Shown here in pieces: positions 32,097-33,078 of a stretch of DNA of 33,078 nt (position 1 is the stretch's first letter; each line of letters starts with the position of its first letter). The position numbers were made by a program, and so were the translations under genes. The notes below the pieces were generated by a model. That model worked only from the letters and a program-made list of their open reading frames with translations. It was not told where the DNA came from and did no database searches. The DNA lies in the NCBI GenBank assembly GCA_024403005.1, contig JAKSSQ010000001.1:1-33078 (forward strand), in the 5' to 3' direction. Source of the stretch: Clostridia bacterium (GTDB lineage Bacteria > Bacillota > Clostridia > Peptostreptococcales > Anaerovoracaceae).

Positions 32097-32510
32097 ATGT
32101 TAATGCCTAAGCGCGTTAAGCACAGAAGACTCCACAGAGGCAGAATGAAGGGTATCGCAACCAAGGGTAACAACGTTACTTACGGTGAATACGGTCTCGT
32201 AGCTCTTGAACCCTCTTGGATCACAGCAAACCAGATTGAAGCAGCACGTATTGCCATGACAAGATCTATCAGAAGAGGCGGTCAGGTATACATCAAGATT
32301 TTCCCTCACAAGTCCGTTACTAAGAAGCCCGCTGAAGTTCGTATGGGTTCCGGTAAAGGTTCTCCCGAATATTGGGTAGCAGTAGTAAAGCCCGGAAGAG
32401 TTATGTTCGAGATCGGCGGAGTTTCCGAAGAAGCTGCAAGAGAAGCAATTCGTCTGGCTTCCCACAAGCTCCCCGTAAAGTGCAAGTTCGTTAAGAAGGA
32501 AGAAGCATAA
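32097..32510 (+). CDS. rplP: 50S ribosomal protein L16
   Basis: [19 protein letters not shown]...[20 protein letters not shown]. Confidence 0.97.
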   Translation: MLMPKRVKHRRLHRGRMKGIATKGNNVTYGEYGLVALEPSWITANQIEAARIAMTRSIRRGGQVYIKIFPHKSVTKKPAEVRMGSGKGSPEYWVAVVKPGRVMFEIGGVSEEAAREAIRLASHKLPVKCKFVKKEEA

Positions 32511-32713
32511 TGAAAATTGAAGCAATCAAGAAGATGAGCCAGACCGAGCTTGCAGCTGAGGAACTGAAGCTGAAGAAGGAGCTGTTCAACCTCCGCTTCC
32601 AGCACGTTACCGGCCAGCTTGAGAATCCGCTCAAGATGAAGGAAATTAAGAAGGACATCGCTAGAATCAAGACTGTCATGAGAGAGAACGAGCTCAAGGC
32701 AGCTGACAAATAA
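32510..32713 (+). CDS. rpmC: 50S ribosomal protein L29
   Basis: ...[29 protein letters not shown] junction with rplP. Confidence 0.95.
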   Translation: MKIEAIKKMSQTELAAEELKLKKELFNLRFQHVTGQLENPLKMKEIKKDIARIKTVMRENELKAADK

Positions 32714-32732
32714 CTGAAAGGAGGATGCACGA

Positions 32733-32993
32733 ATGTCTAATGAAAGAAATCTCAGAAAGACCAAGGTTGGTTTTGTAGTAAGCAACAAGATGGAGAAGAC
32801 TATCGTTGTTGCAATCGAAGAATCCCGTCGCCATTCTCTTTACGGTAAGTCTGAAAAGATCACCAAGAAGTTCATGGCACACGATGAAGAAAATCAGTGC
32901 CAGATCGGCGATAAGGTAAAGATCATGGAAACAAGACCTCTGTCCAAGAACGTAAGATGGAGACTTGTTGAAATCGTCGAGAAGGTTAAGTAA
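32733..32993 (+). CDS. rpsQ: 30S ribosomal protein S17
   Basis: ...[18 protein letters not shown]...[21 protein letters not shown]. Confidence 0.97.
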   Translation: MSNERNLRKTKVGFVVSNKMEKTIVVAIEESRRHSLYGKSEKITKKFMAHDEENQCQIGDKVKIMETRPLSKNVRWRLVEIVEKVK

Positions 32994-33004
32994 GGAGGCA
33001 CCAG

Positions 33005-33078
33005 ATGATTCAGAATGAAACAAGACTGAAGGTTGCTGACAATTCCGGCGCAAAGGAACTCTTTTGCATCCGTATTCT
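33005..33078 (+). CDS. rplN: 50S ribosomal protein L14 (5' fragment, runs off the window)
   Basis: MIQNETRLKVADNSGAKELFCIRI... after AAGGAGG. Truncated by the window end. Confidence 0.9.
   Translation, partial: MIQNETRLKVADNSGAKELFCIRI

Noticed and set aside
1-33078. Search for CRISPR repeats, tRNA/rRNA genes, IS or transposase genes, integrases, phage genes, toxin-antitoxin pairs and defence-system hallmarks (nucleases, helicases, methyltransferases, STAND/TIR/SIR2-like ORFs).
   Set aside because: None was found. Every ORF of convincing coding quality is accounted for by metabolic, Fe-S/redox, transport or ribosomal functions. No direct-repeat arrays or terminal inverted repeats were seen.

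Overview
This window reads as a chromosomal core region of an anaerobic Firmicutes/Clostridia-type bacterium, about 50% GC with strong Shine-Dalgarno sites and rnfCDGEAB gene order. I see no tRNA or rRNA genes, CRISPR arrays, transposases, integrases or recognisable defence genes. Left to right:
- an ArsR/SmtB repressor, a detached HMA domain and a Zn/Cd-type P1B ATPase with odd features
- a minus-strand Rrf2-sufC-sufB/D minimal Fe-S assembly operon
- an M20 peptidase, DUF362 Fe-S protein and secernin-like C69 hydrolase operon
- a small Cys-tailed coiled-coil protein and a TauE/SafE permease
- a Gx-transporter, NusG-II and ApbE flavinylation trio
- homoserine dehydrogenase, gdhA and glsA
- rnfCDGEAB
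- a tightly packed six-gene operon: acyl-AMP/CoA ligase, Orr-like PLP racemase, orphan LivJ-like lipoprotein, NifU-like protein, CapA and a hypothetical protein
- the S10 ribosomal protein operon, rpsJ to the start of rplN, behind a long structured leader

I found no clear-cut new system. The candidates most worth follow-up are:
- the peptidase/DUF362/secernin operon
- the ligase-racemase-SBP-NifU-CapA operon
- the S10 leader, which carries a terminator-like hairpin
- short Cys-rich C-terminal tails recurring on unrelated proteins
- the overlapping divergent promoters and overlapping start codons
- the roughly 70-residue Arg/Asp-rich extension on ribosomal protein S3
- the degenerate-looking metal pump

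All calls come from reading the sequence and remembering family motifs. No database search was run.
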